A DNA stretch of 64,000 bases from Alphaproteobacteria bacterium (lineage in GTDB: Bacteria > Pseudomonadota > Alphaproteobacteria > Bin95), in contig CBDBGH010000003.1 of assembly GCA_965205265.1 (NCBI GenBank), positions 4,928,001-4,992,000 on the forward strand, read 5' to 3'. Of the stretch, positions 9,016 to 18,378 are shown one piece after another (within the stretch, counting starts at the first letter, position 1; each line of letters starts with the position of its first letter). Position numbers and translations under genes: made by a program. Below the pieces are notes generated by a model. It did no database searches and was not told the origin of the DNA. It saw only the letters and a program-made list of their open reading frames with translations.

Positions 9016-10695
9016 TCACCGCCCCGCTCCGAAGGCCCCGGCCACAGTGCCGGTATCGAACACCCCGCCGACCTCTTCCTGGCCGGGACCGAAGAACCGC
9101 CCCTCGAGGCCCCTGTCGGCGCTGAACGCGCCGGCCGTCATGGGCACCTCGGTCCAGGAAATGTCGTCCCACGTCCCGTCACCGCCTATGGCGCGTATGT
9201 TCCGGATATCCAGATCGAGCTGCGAGCCGGCCAGGTCCCCGACCAGCTCCACATCGCCCCTCACGGTATCGCCGAGCCCGGCGGCATCGTAGGCGACTCC
9301 CGCCATGGAGCCGGACCACGTCGCGCTGCCCTGCACCGGATTGCTTCCCGAGGCCAGACCCGTCGAGACAGGCAGGGCGAACTCGAACGGGTCCGGGGCT
9401 CCCTCCTCGACGCCGCGCACGATCTCGAACGCGCTGTACCGTCCCCAGCCGCCAAAGGAGTCCCAGCGCACGCCGGCGGCGCTCTCGACGTCGTGTCCCA
9501 CGCCGAAATCCCTTCCGGCGGTATCCTCGATACCCAGTCCTGCCGTTCTGGAAAAACCGTCCACCGTCACCGTGCACCGGCCGGGAACACAGGACGCATC
9601 CAGACCTGTCACGCTGCCGGCCTGTTCCAGCAGGCCGCCATGCGAGGAAATGCGCAGACCGGACAGCCTCGTTTCCTCGGCATTGCCTCCGAAGCCGCCG
9701 AGCAACCCGTTCTGCTCGAATACCCCGGCCACCTCGTCCCAGCTCCCGCCGGATCCGAAGAAGCCGCCATAAAGCCGGTTTTCCAGCACGCCACCTCCGA
9801 ACATCACGCGCAGGATCCGCGGTTCCTCGCCTTCGGGGATCAGCGATTCCGCACCTCCGGGGAGTTCCGCCGCGTCGGCCCGCACGATCTCTACGGGCAA
9901 TCCTGCGAAGAAGATCGGTGCATCCGGGCGCCCGTCGCGCAGACGGCGAATGTTGGTGAAATCCACATGCAGCGTCCCGACCCTGAATCCCACATCCGCT
10001 ACCGAGGTCACCAGCCGCCCGTCGCTTGTGAACCGGATTTCCGCATCGCCGTAGATCACCGACTCCCAGAACGACAATGCCGGGCGCACCGCGACCACGT
10101 GGCCTCTCCACGTCCTGTCCGGCAAGACGGTCGGCCCGATCACCAGCCCGTCGGCAAAATCCCCGAAAGCCATTGCGTAGCGCACGTCGAGCGCGCCGGC
10201 TTCCGTGATATCCCAACGGGCCGTCCGGATCCCGAACCCGCTGTGATGCAGCCACCCGCCGAAGAAATTCTCCGTGACGCCACGCTGCCCGACAAGATCG
10301 ATTCCCTCTCGTGCCGGGATATCGAGCACCGGAGCCTGCGCGAGCCCGCTCGTGCTGTGCAGCAGGATGGGATTGTCCCTCAGCCCGTCCGCCGCACAGA
10401 CGGCCTGCGTCGCCGAGCACTGGATCTCGGCGACGAAGCCCATGTCGTCCCGCTCGCCATACAGGCTGGTGACATGCAGGGTATCCACCCGGGCCGCAAC
10501 ACCCGTAGCGTGGATCGAGGCCCGCGGCGGACCCTGGCCGGGCTCCTCACCGACGGGCCGGGTCCCTCCTTCCCGTTCGGGGTTCGCCGGCTGTATCGAC
10601 AGCGGTGGACCCGAGGACCCGCCGCCGCCACAGGCATGCAACGAACAGGCGAACAGCGCCGCCGCGACGACCCGCAGGAAGCCCGGACCACTCAT
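9016..10695 (-). CDS. TbpB-like surface lipoprotein with two beta-barrel lobes (Slam substrate)
   Basis: Lipobox LHAC+GGGG; two barrel ends: LYGGFFGSGG..EVAGVF..GGFGG and LEGRFFGPGQEEVGGVF..GAFGA. Confidence 0.8.
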   Translation of the reverse strand: MSGPGFLRVVAAALFACSLHACGGGGSSGPPLSIQPANPEREGGTRPVGEEPGQGPPRASIHATGVAARVDTLHVTSLYGERDDMGFVAEIQCSATQAVCAADGLRDNPILLHSTSGLAQAPVLDIPAREGIDLVGQRGVTENFFGGWLHHSGFGIRTARWDITEAGALDVRYAMAFGDFADGLVIGPTVLPDRTWRGHVVAVRPALSFWESVIYGDAEIRFTSDGRLVTSVADVGFRVGTLHVDFTNIRRLRDGRPDAPIFFAGLPVEIVRADAAELPGGAESLIPEGEEPRILRVMFGGGVLENRLYGGFFGSGGSWDEVAGVFEQNGLLGGFGGNAEETRLSGLRISSHGGLLEQAGSVTGLDASCVPGRCTVTVDGFSRTAGLGIEDTAGRDFGVGHDVESAAGVRWDSFGGWGRYSAFEIVRGVEEGAPDPFEFALPVSTGLASGSNPVQGSATWSGSMAGVAYDAAGLGDTVRGDVELVGDLAGSQLDLDIRNIRAIGGDGTWDDISWTEVPMTAGAFSADRGLEGRFFGPGQEEVGGVFDTGTVAGAFGAGR

Positions 10696-11705
10696 TCCCC
10701 TGTCTCCCGTCTTGCGCCGAACGCCCCGACAATGCCCAATTGCTCGAACACGCCGGCCGCCTCGACATGGTCCGGGCCGAAGAAGCCGCCATGGATGTAG
10801 TTGTCTCCGGTGCCCTGCCCGAACCGGCCCAGGCTGTCGACGGCCACATCGCGGAAGACGATCGTCGGAAGCCCGCCCGTGATGTTCGTGAAGGACGCGT
10901 CCAGCAGTTCCGTATCGAGGTAGTAGGTCACCGTCGCCGTGCCCGTCAGCCGCTGCGAGGAATGCTCCGGCGCCCCGACCATCGCGCCGTTCCAGACCAC
11001 GCTCTGGCCCGTTTCCGCGAGACGGGCCGGCCTGGTGCCCGTGAGATCGCCGGCCACCAGCGCATAGCGCCAGACCGTCTCGAACTCGACATCCTCGATT
11101 TCGGCGTCGCGAATGCTCCGGGCCGTCCGGACCACGAACCCGCTGTGGTGCATCCAGGCCCCCCAGGACCGCATGTCGGGACTTGCGGGGCGCGGATGGA
11201 GGTTGGTCGACCGCGCCTCCATGATGTTGATGCCGCTCTGCGGCTCCTCGAAAAGGACACTGGCGCGGCGCGATACCCACTGCATGTCCTGAAGGCCGTA
11301 TTCGTTCCTCACGCCTCCGGCCGGGCCGGGGAGCGCGGGCGGGGAGCCGGGTTCCTCTCCCGGCCCTACAAACACCGGTTCGCACATGATCCCCGTGCAG
11401 CCCGGTCCGTAGCTGAACCGGACCGACTCCGGAAGTTCCGGAGGATCCGTGATCGGCGGCAGGCCGGTCTCCGGGTCGATGGGAGGCGGGTCCACCGCCC
11501 GACTGTTCCTCTGGCCGAGAATCCGGCTCATCCTGAACAGGTCCGTCCGCCTGATGATGCCGGATGCCCGGGCCGCCTGCTCGCCGCCGGGCTCGGTACC
11601 GGGGCCGAAACCCGGAGGCCTCGGCGCGGTGCCTGTCCCGCCGCCCCCGCCGCCGCATGCCGCAAGCAGCGCCAGGGCCGCCATCGCCACCGCAATCCGC
11701 CACAT
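10692..11705 (-). CDS. TbpB-like surface lipoprotein, single lobe
   Basis: Lipobox LAAC+GGGGGG; C-terminal IHGGFFGPDHVEAAGVFEQLGIVGAFGA. Confidence 0.8.
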   Translation of the reverse strand: MWRIAVAMAALALLAACGGGGGGTGTAPRPPGFGPGTEPGGEQAARASGIIRRTDLFRMSRILGQRNSRAVDPPPIDPETGLPPITDPPELPESVRFSYGPGCTGIMCEPVFVGPGEEPGSPPALPGPAGGVRNEYGLQDMQWVSRRASVLFEEPQSGINIMEARSTNLHPRPASPDMRSWGAWMHHSGFVVRTARSIRDAEIEDVEFETVWRYALVAGDLTGTRPARLAETGQSVVWNGAMVGAPEHSSQRLTGTATVTYYLDTELLDASFTNITGGLPTIVFRDVAVDSLGRFGQGTGDNYIHGGFFGPDHVEAAGVFEQLGIVGAFGARRETGE

Positions 11706-11811
11706 GCCGCCGAACTCCCCTGCGCTTTCTCCAGCGTTTCCCACTAACGCCGGAGCACGTCAGTCCCATTAGCACGATGCAGCAAAGGCCCGTCATACTC
11801 GGCGAGACGAT

Positions 11812-11830
11812 ATATGGGGAAACTCGCGAT
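11812..11830 (-). promoter_or_regulatory. Transfer-operon upstream motif ATCGCGAGTTTCCCCATAT
   Basis: 19/19 identical to 37333-37351. Confidence 0.65.
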
Positions 11831-11911
11831 TCCCGGCGCTGGCCGTATTGACCCCCGCTGTCCCTTACCGCATCCCGAATACGGGTTTTCCCGAACGCCG
11901 GAGACATCTTC

Positions 11912-12991
11912 TTGCCGCCCCTTCATGTTCTCGACCAGGCTCGCAGGACCAATCTGCGCATCCTCTTTCTCGCCCCGCATGCCCCGGTGAACGGCGCCGC
12001 GCCGCCTCCGGCCATCGACCCCGTTTTCGGCGTCCAGCCCGCCTACCACCGCGAGATTCACGACCTTCTGCGGGACGCGCTCGGGCTCGACCTGGTCAGT
12101 CGGAACAGCCTCGACGGCCTGGACGAGGCCCTTGACAGGGCCAATTTCGTCTTCTCGCTCTACAACATCGCTCCCTTCCGCAATTCCGAGGTCCATGTCG
12201 CCTCTCTCGCCGCCAAGGCCGGGATCGCCTGCCTGGGGGCCCCGCCCAACATCCGCGCCCTCGCCGAGGACAAGTGGATATCGAAGCTGTCCGCGCGGGC
12301 TCTGGGCATTCCCTGCCCGCCCGGCCAGCCCTATGGCGACGGCCACGACGTCCTGCCGCCGGCCTTTCCCGGCCCCTATATCGCCAAGCCGCGCTTCGGG
12401 GCCGCTTCCGCCGAGATCGACGAGATGAGCGTCCATGACCGTTTCGAACCCTTGCGCGGCCGCGTCGCGGCACTGTCGAACGCCCCGGATTCCTGCCTGG
12501 TGGAGCAGGTCGCCGGGGCGTTCGACGTGACGGTCCCGGTCCTGCCGGGACCGGAAGGGCCGTTCGCCCTGCCGGTTGCCTGCCAGAAGGCGGCCGGGCC
12601 GAGCGGCGTCTTCACCCACCGCCAGAAGCGCCGTCTCGAGCCGGGTCTCGTGCGCGAATTCCCGGGAGACGCCCCCTGGACCCGCCCGATCATCCGCGAT
12701 GCCCTGCGCTTTGCCCGGGCCGTCCAGCCCTGGGACTATCTGCGTTGCGACTTCCGGGCGGGCCCCGACGGCCACGCTTTTCTGGAATGCAATGTCGCCT
12801 GCTCGATCGGTTCCGCCATGGCGTTCGCCCAGTGCGCCGAACAGGCCGGGATCGCGCTCGAGAGCCTCGTGGAGCACATCATTGCCGCAAGCCTCGACCG
12901 GCAGTGGGGACCCGGAGAAGACCGGCCGCCGGTCGTCCCGGGCCGGCACGGCCGTCCGGCGCGGGAACCGGAGCGGCGACACCATGCCTGA
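11912..12991 (+). CDS. ATP-grasp protein, D-Ala-D-Ala-ligase-like
   Basis: AEDKWISK, YIAKPRFGAAS, LVEQ, YLRCDFR, FLECN motifs. Confidence 0.8.
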   Translation: MPPLHVLDQARRTNLRILFLAPHAPVNGAAPPPAIDPVFGVQPAYHREIHDLLRDALGLDLVSRNSLDGLDEALDRANFVFSLYNIAPFRNSEVHVASLAAKAGIACLGAPPNIRALAEDKWISKLSARALGIPCPPGQPYGDGHDVLPPAFPGPYIAKPRFGAASAEIDEMSVHDRFEPLRGRVAALSNAPDSCLVEQVAGAFDVTVPVLPGPEGPFALPVACQKAAGPSGVFTHRQKRRLEPGLVREFPGDAPWTRPIIRDALRFARAVQPWDYLRCDFRAGPDGHAFLECNVACSIGSAMAFAQCAEQAGIALESLVEHIIAASLDRQWGPGEDRPPVVPGRHGRPAREPERRHHA

Positions 12992-13099
12992 CGGTTGCCG
13001 CAGCCGCGGCGAGCAGCCCTACGGCCTTTGCACGGTGCATGGCCTCCGCCGGATTACCGGGGCGCTCGAGATGGGCTACAGGAACAGGGACACCGCTCT

Positions 13100-14221
13100 C
13101 TACGGGGTGATCGTCGCGAACCGCGGCGTTTCCCCTGCCATGCGCGTGGCATCGACCAGCAGTTGCCGGCTTGACACCTCAAGCTGCAGATAGGCGATGC
13201 GCGCGTGAAGCGCCTGGGTCTCATAGATGCGCTTCATGTAGTTTCTGGCGGTCATCGACGACTCCCGCTGGGCCGCTTCCTCCGGCTGCGGCTCGTGGTG
13301 ATAGGTCGTCAGCACGTCAAGGGCCTGCATTTCCGAGACCGCCCCTGCCGGCAGCGGCCGCAAATAGAGGCCCTTGTCGGCGAATTTCCTCATCGTCTTC
13401 CCGCTTCTGATCGCCATGCCGCCCGAGCCCGGCGACGTCGTCTGACCTTCGCGCAGACCGAGCACATAGGCCATGGCCTCGCGCACGATGCTGTGCCTGA
13501 CGCGGACCCCGTCCATCTCGCTGTCCAGAACCCTGTAGCCCGGGGCCGCTTTCAGCTCTTCGTTGAGTTCCGGCGGCTGCAACGGGTCGATGACGTTCTG
13601 GATGAGGGCTTCGGTACCCCGGTTGCGCTCCGGGCTGCGTTCGACCGTCGTCCCGTCCCACCAGTCCCTGAAGTCGGTCGTGGAAATCCCCTCGCCCTCC
13701 AATTCCTTGCGGAGTTCCTGACGCTCCACGGCATAGCGCACGCTTCCCTCGGTGCGCGCCGGCGTTTCCGGCGGCGGCTTGCGCGCCGACTCGCTGTTGC
13801 TTTCCAGTCCGGCCTCCGGCGCCCCGGTTCCCCCATAGCCGGCGCGCTCGAGCGTGAGGCAGCCGTTCGGGTCCGGGTCATACCGTCCCTCGGCTTTAGC
13901 GCTCGCACGGAACTCCTGTCTCAGACGCAGGGCCTCGTTCGTCTCCTGGGCGTCGGCGAGACGCTCCATCGCCTCGATCTGCAGTCTGTCATACTGGGAC
14001 AGCTGCGAGGTCTGCTGCCGGAGCGCCTCGACGATGGCCTCCGTCATTTCGTCGATCCAGCGCCTGACGTCCCTTCTGGTGTCGCCGTGCTCCGAACTGA
14101 CAAGACGGGTTATCCTGTAACAAATTCCGGAACATTTCGCCGCAGCGGCCTCCCGGACATCCCCGAAAATCACCAGAACCGCCATGGCGGCCACGGCAAA
14201 AACGAATGCCTTCCGTATCAT
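13100..14221 (-). CDS. Secreted conjugation protein, TraW/VirB5-like
   Basis: Signal peptide, coiled-coil N-terminus, helical C-terminus; assignment mainly from context. Confidence 0.45.
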   Translation of the reverse strand: MIRKAFVFAVAAMAVLVIFGDVREAAAAKCSGICYRITRLVSSEHGDTRRDVRRWIDEMTEAIVEALRQQTSQLSQYDRLQIEAMERLADAQETNEALRLRQEFRASAKAEGRYDPDPNGCLTLERAGYGGTGAPEAGLESNSESARKPPPETPARTEGSVRYAVERQELRKELEGEGISTTDFRDWWDGTTVERSPERNRGTEALIQNVIDPLQPPELNEELKAAPGYRVLDSEMDGVRVRHSIVREAMAYVLGLREGQTTSPGSGGMAIRSGKTMRKFADKGLYLRPLPAGAVSEMQALDVLTTYHHEPQPEEAAQRESSMTARNYMKRIYETQALHARIAYLQLEVSSRQLLVDATRMAGETPRFATITP

Positions 14222-14234
14222 CGCGCCGCTCCCG

Positions 14235-14828
14235 TCACCTGCCGCCGCCAAGCATCGAGTCCCAGGCTTCCCGACGCCTGTCGTTCAATTCCCTCTGGAC
14301 CCCGCCTGTCAGCGGCCGGAGGGCTTCATTGGCGCCGCGCCGGACCTCGTTGCCCACACGGGCATTCCTGGTCGCCCCCCTGACCACTGAGCCCGGCGAT
14401 GGCAGCCAGCTTGTCGGATCGAGCACGGACTGGAGGGAGCCGACCCCCCCGCTCAGGCTGGTGATCGGCGAGGTCACCTGCGCCCACTGCCGCTCGGCAA
14501 AATTGCAGACGGCCCGTCCCAGGCCCTCGACCCACCTGTCGAGCGCCGACAACGGGTCGATCAATATGCCCGAAAAGGTGTCGATATCGATGTCCAGAAG
14601 ATTGTCGAGACACCCCAGGTCGCCCACCGCCCGGGGAGGCTCGATCGCCTGCTCGGCGATTCTCACGCTGTTTTCCAGTTCCTGGCGGCTCCGTTCCGCA
14701 ACAATGCTCCGGCTCGCATCGTCGCAACCGGCCCGCGCCATGCGTTCCGACAGCCGGTCGGCCTGCGCCGGAACGGTCCCGGCAAACAGGAGTGCGAGAA
14801 CCAGAACGGACCACGTTTTCCTGTTCAT
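14235..14828 (-). CDS. Secreted Cys-containing conjugation protein, TraL-like
   Basis: Signal peptide; GC...GCL...AVC cysteine spacing; operon with the TraW-like gene. Confidence 0.45.
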   Translation of the reverse strand: MNRKTWSVLVLALLFAGTVPAQADRLSERMARAGCDDASRSIVAERSRQELENSVRIAEQAIEPPRAVGDLGCLDNLLDIDIDTFSGILIDPLSALDRWVEGLGRAVCNFAERQWAQVTSPITSLSGGVGSLQSVLDPTSWLPSPGSVVRGATRNARVGNEVRRGANEALRPLTGGVQRELNDRRREAWDSMLGGGR

Positions 14829-14909
14829 CGGCACTTTCTCCGCCTGTCCGAACACGCATGTCCAGCGTAGCACGGCCAGGGGTGCTCGCCGGTTCAGCCG
14901 ACGCAGCTT

Positions 14910-14923
14910 TATGGGGAAACTCG
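14910..14923 (-). promoter_or_regulatory. Transfer-operon upstream motif CGAGTTTCCCCATA
   Basis: 14-bp match to the 11812 and 37333 motifs. Confidence 0.6.
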
Positions 14924-15324
14924 AATTCGCCCGACGCCCGCCTGTCAGGACCTCTCCTCCGGCCCCGGGGGCCTCCCGGTCCGATGTCGCTCTCCCGCAC
15001 CAGACCTCTTCCAGGATTCTCTCCGCCCGATCACCTGCTCATCCGGACACCCCGGCAGGTCTATAGGAATCCAGCCGTCACGGTCCTCCAATCCGGACGT
15101 ATCGTGGACATGCGCTGTCAACGCCCTCGCATATGACCGGCCGTCATGGCATGCTGGCCGTGTCGGCCTTGGCCGTCACGCTGTTTGTACATCGTCGGGC
15201 CAGAGGCTGGAGCGGGGGCGCCGTCGAGGCGTGATGCGTGATCCCTGCCGGCCGCCGCATGCGCATTCACCGCCTGGATTCGAGCGGTCCGCCAGTCCTT
15301 GCGCAACAAGAGGCTTGGGGAGCG

Positions 15325-15483
15325 GAGAACAGCGGGCCTTATGCCCGCCTCATACACATTGAAGCATCACCGCCAGGGTGTCATTGCGGTTCATGCGCTC
15401 AGCACAGCGGGCTTTATGCCCGCTCCATTGAAGACAAGGGCGTAGGAAGCACCTTAGGGAGCACCCGCCTCACACATTGAAGG
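15325..15483 (+). CRISPR. Degenerate CRISPR-like repeat cluster (2 full + 1 partial repeat); no cas genes in window
   Basis: ACAGCGGGC(C/T)TTATGCCCGC hairpin twice; CATTGAAG 3' end three times; ~34-nt intervening sequence. Confidence 0.5.
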
Positions 15484-15787
15484 TTCTGTACAGGAAGGTT
15501 ATCCCCGTGCTCTGCCCGACCAGGAAAGGGCAACGCCTTTGCATGCGGCACGCGCTGCAATGCGGCTGGCAATCTGCCCGCCTCGCACCAGGAAATATCC
15601 CCCGACATGATCGCGCCCTGCCGCGGCGTTCCAGGTTTTTGGTCCGGTCTTCATTCTTCATGACAATATGCAACGGCTTCCTGAAAATCCCGCCTGCGGA
15701 ATCCCGGTGGCACTTTGGGATTTTCATCGCGGCAGCCCATACTGCCGGGACCGGTTCCGGAACAGGAGACAAAGGGCCTTGGAAACC

Positions 15788-16444
15788 ATGAACACCGACG
15801 ATCTGCTCGTCGCCTACAAGCAGGGCAGGCGCAATTTTCGCGGCATGCAGATCGAGCCCGGCGGCCTCCTTTTCGGCGAGTGTCTCGACGGCGCCGATTT
15901 CTCTGAATCCCGGCTGACCGGGGTCTCTTTCGATCACTGCGACCTCAACCGGACGAGTTTCCGCAACGCCGACATTTCCGGAACCGGCTTCAGTTGTTCC
16001 AGCCTTGTCGGAGCGGACATGACCGACGCCAGGGCCCGCGGCGCCGACATGTGGCAGGCCGACCTGACCCGGGCCTGCCTCGACGGCGCCGACTTCGGCC
16101 CGGAGCCGCAAGGCCTCGACGATCCAATGGACCGCGAAACACCTCCGTCGGCCTTCGGCTATGCGAGGCTGGTTCGCGCCAGCGCGCGGGGAACGCTGTT
16201 CGATGCGGCGCGCCTCGACGGCGCCGACCTGACCCATATGGACGCCACCGGCGCCAAATTCCGCCACACGGAGATGAAGGACGTCAATCTCATCGGCACC
16301 TGCATGCATGGCGCCGACCTTCAACATGCCCATCTGGCGGGGAACGTGAAGGTGGGCCTCGCCGGCACCCGGAACACCGATTTCCTCGACCCGGAGGAGC
16401 TTCCGGAAGATCTCCGGGAGCCTTCGATCCATCCCGACATCTAG
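15788..16444 (+). CDS. Pentapeptide repeat protein
   Basis: Repeated A(D/N)L/F-x-x units; YKQGRRNF start typical of the family. Confidence 0.9.
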   Translation: MNTDDLLVAYKQGRRNFRGMQIEPGGLLFGECLDGADFSESRLTGVSFDHCDLNRTSFRNADISGTGFSCSSLVGADMTDARARGADMWQADLTRACLDGADFGPEPQGLDDPMDRETPPSAFGYARLVRASARGTLFDAARLDGADLTHMDATGAKFRHTEMKDVNLIGTCMHGADLQHAHLAGNVKVGLAGTRNTDFLDPEELPEDLREPSIHPDI

Positions 16445-16489
16445 GCCGCCCGCGGGCGGGATCCCCGAACGCTCCCTCGCGTTCGCCGC

Positions 16490-16966
16490 CTACCAGAGCG
16501 TCGGCCTGAAAACCATCAGCACATAGATCCCGACCAACGCGACGAACGCCGGCCACCCCAGCAGGAACCAGCGCCGCATCGCGGCAAAATAGGCCGACGG
16601 CAATCTGCATCCCGTGCGTGCCGCGGTCATGGCCATTGTCCTTATCCGGTACTGAAGCGCCACCACCACGATCCAGCACGCGACCGCCACTCCGTACAGC
16701 ACATAGCTCGCGACCAGCCAGCTCTCCAGGAGGTCGATGCCGGCCATGAGCGCGAGGGCCAGACCGGACGCCGGCTGGTAAAGCGCCGCCGGCGCCGTGA
16801 ACAGCCAGTCGGCGATGACGGTGTTGCGCGCCGCCGCCGCGATCGCCGCCGCATCGCCGCGGAGGTGGGTGCAATACAGGTGGAAGGCCGTGCCGATACC
16901 GGTGCCGAGCAGCACTGTCGCGCTCAGCATGTGGCTCCACTTTATCCAGAGCCAGGGGTCGCTCAC
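16490..16966 (-). CDS. DUF2269 family membrane protein
   Basis: HMLSATVLLGTGIG...ADWLFTAP...QP.SG...WFLLGWPAF..LMVFRP; GTGA overlap with the SDR gene. Confidence 0.85.
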   Translation of the reverse strand: MSDPWLWIKWSHMLSATVLLGTGIGTAFHLYCTHLRGDAAAIAAAARNTVIADWLFTAPAALYQPASGLALALMAGIDLLESWLVASYVLYGVAVACWIVVVALQYRIRTMAMTAARTGCRLPSAYFAAMRRWFLLGWPAFVALVGIYVLMVFRPTLW

Positions 16967-18279
16967 CGCTCCTCCTCCAGAACGCGATGAACCGCCACGA
17001 GGACAAGGAAGGCCAGCGTCTTCATGAGGTCGGCAAGCCACACGCCCGCCGATGCCGGTGCGAACACCGCCGCCACGGCCGCATGGGCGGCGATCATCGC
17101 CGCCTGGACCCACGCCAGCTTCCCGAGTTGCCATCCGCGGAGAAGAGCGAAGGCGGCGCCAAGCCCCGTAACGGCCACCGCAATCCCGAGCCCCGTGGCC
17201 CACAAGGGCCCCGGCCCGGCCTCCCCGGCGACCGCATCGTAAGGCGGACCATGTAGTGCCGCCAGGCCGGTAATTGTCCAAAGCAGTGCCAGCACGAGAC
17301 GAATGACCGGCCGCAGCAGGAACAGGCGCGCATGCCAAAGGTCCTGGGTGCCGCCCGGACGGACGGCCAGCACCTCCCGCAGGCCTCGCAGGCGTATGCC
17401 GCAAGCCTTCTCGAACTCCCTGCCGTCGCCGGTAAGCCTCGTCCGGAATTGGGCATAGGCCGTCGAGTTCACCGGGTGCAGGCGCGCAAGGTCGCCGACC
17501 CGGGCGACGAGGGCCACGACCGGAAGCGGCAGGTGCAGCAGCGGGCGGCGCGGGAGCCCCATCCATCCACGGTAGGCCACAACCAGTTCCCGGAGCGCGA
17601 GACGGTCCGGCCCCGCCGGCTCAAGCACGGTGCACCTGCCGCTTCCGGTCCGCAGCAATTCGACGATGCCGGTCGCAAGATCCTCTGCATGGACCGTGTC
17701 CACCGGCGTGCCGCCATTGCCGATAACAGGCGTGCGGAACGGCATGGCCGCCATCGCCCGAATCAGCGAGCTGCCCCCGTAGGAGCCTTCCCCGACCACA
17801 ACGACGGGGCGCAGCACCGTCCAGTCCAGATCCCGCGCCATCAACGCCTCGTCGCCGGCGCGCTTGGACTGCGCATAGAGTGTCCGGCCTTCCTCGATAC
17901 CGACCGCGGAAATATGCACGACCCGCCGGACGCCCTGCTTCTCGCACGCGGCATACAGGGCGTCCGGCGCATGACAATGCACGGTCCAGGCCTCTGCCGA
18001 CCTGCCCGGCTGAAGGACACCGGCCGCGTTGACGACCGCGTCCACGCCGTCGAGAAGGCTTGCCCAGTGGCCGCTGTCCCGGACGGCCATGGAAGCCAGA
18101 TCGACATACCGGACATCCGCACGCGGGAATCGAAGCGCGAACCGCTTGCGGTCACGGACCGCGCACCTGGTTTCGATTCCACACCGCTGCAGTGCCGCAA
18201 CAATGGCGGAGCCGATAAAACCGGACGCCCCCAGAACCAGGACCCTCCCGCACCCGCGCTCGCGGGATCCTTCATTCAT
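16963..18279 (-). CDS. NAD-dependent epimerase/SDR with DoxX-like C-terminal TM domain
   Basis: VLVLGASGFIG, YAQSK, QDLWHARL; usual partner of DUF2269. Confidence 0.88.
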   Translation of the reverse strand: MNEGSRERGCGRVLVLGASGFIGSAIVAALQRCGIETRCAVRDRKRFALRFPRADVRYVDLASMAVRDSGHWASLLDGVDAVVNAAGVLQPGRSAEAWTVHCHAPDALYAACEKQGVRRVVHISAVGIEEGRTLYAQSKRAGDEALMARDLDWTVLRPVVVVGEGSYGGSSLIRAMAAMPFRTPVIGNGGTPVDTVHAEDLATGIVELLRTGSGRCTVLEPAGPDRLALRELVVAYRGWMGLPRRPLLHLPLPVVALVARVGDLARLHPVNSTAYAQFRTRLTGDGREFEKACGIRLRGLREVLAVRPGGTQDLWHARLFLLRPVIRLVLALLWTITGLAALHGPPYDAVAGEAGPGPLWATGLGIAVAVTGLGAAFALLRGWQLGKLAWVQAAMIAAHAAVAAVFAPASAGVWLADLMKTLAFLVLVAVHRVLEEER

Positions 18280-18315
18280 GGGGGGGAGGGTCCTGGTTCT
18301 GGGGGCGTCCGGTTT
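18218..18315. repeat. Perfect 32-bp inverted repeat (18218-18249 / 18284-18315) enclosing the SDR start codon
   Basis: AAACCGGACGCCCCCAGAACCAGGACCCTCCC and its exact reverse complement. Confidence 0.9.
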
Positions 18316-18378
18316 CTCCTGCGAGGAATCCTGACGAGCCCGCACGCCCGCGACCCGCACGGCAGCGCCGCGCGGTCC

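Noticed and set aside
10696-11907. N-terminal 404 aa of the 963-aa ORF 9016-11907
   Set aside because: Overlaps the real lipoprotein gene 10692-11705 in another frame; the lipobox places the start at 10695
11912-12991. VanA-type glycopeptide resistance ligase
   Set aside because: Lacks the Ddl N-terminal GG.S.E motif and has no vanH/vanX/vanRS neighbours
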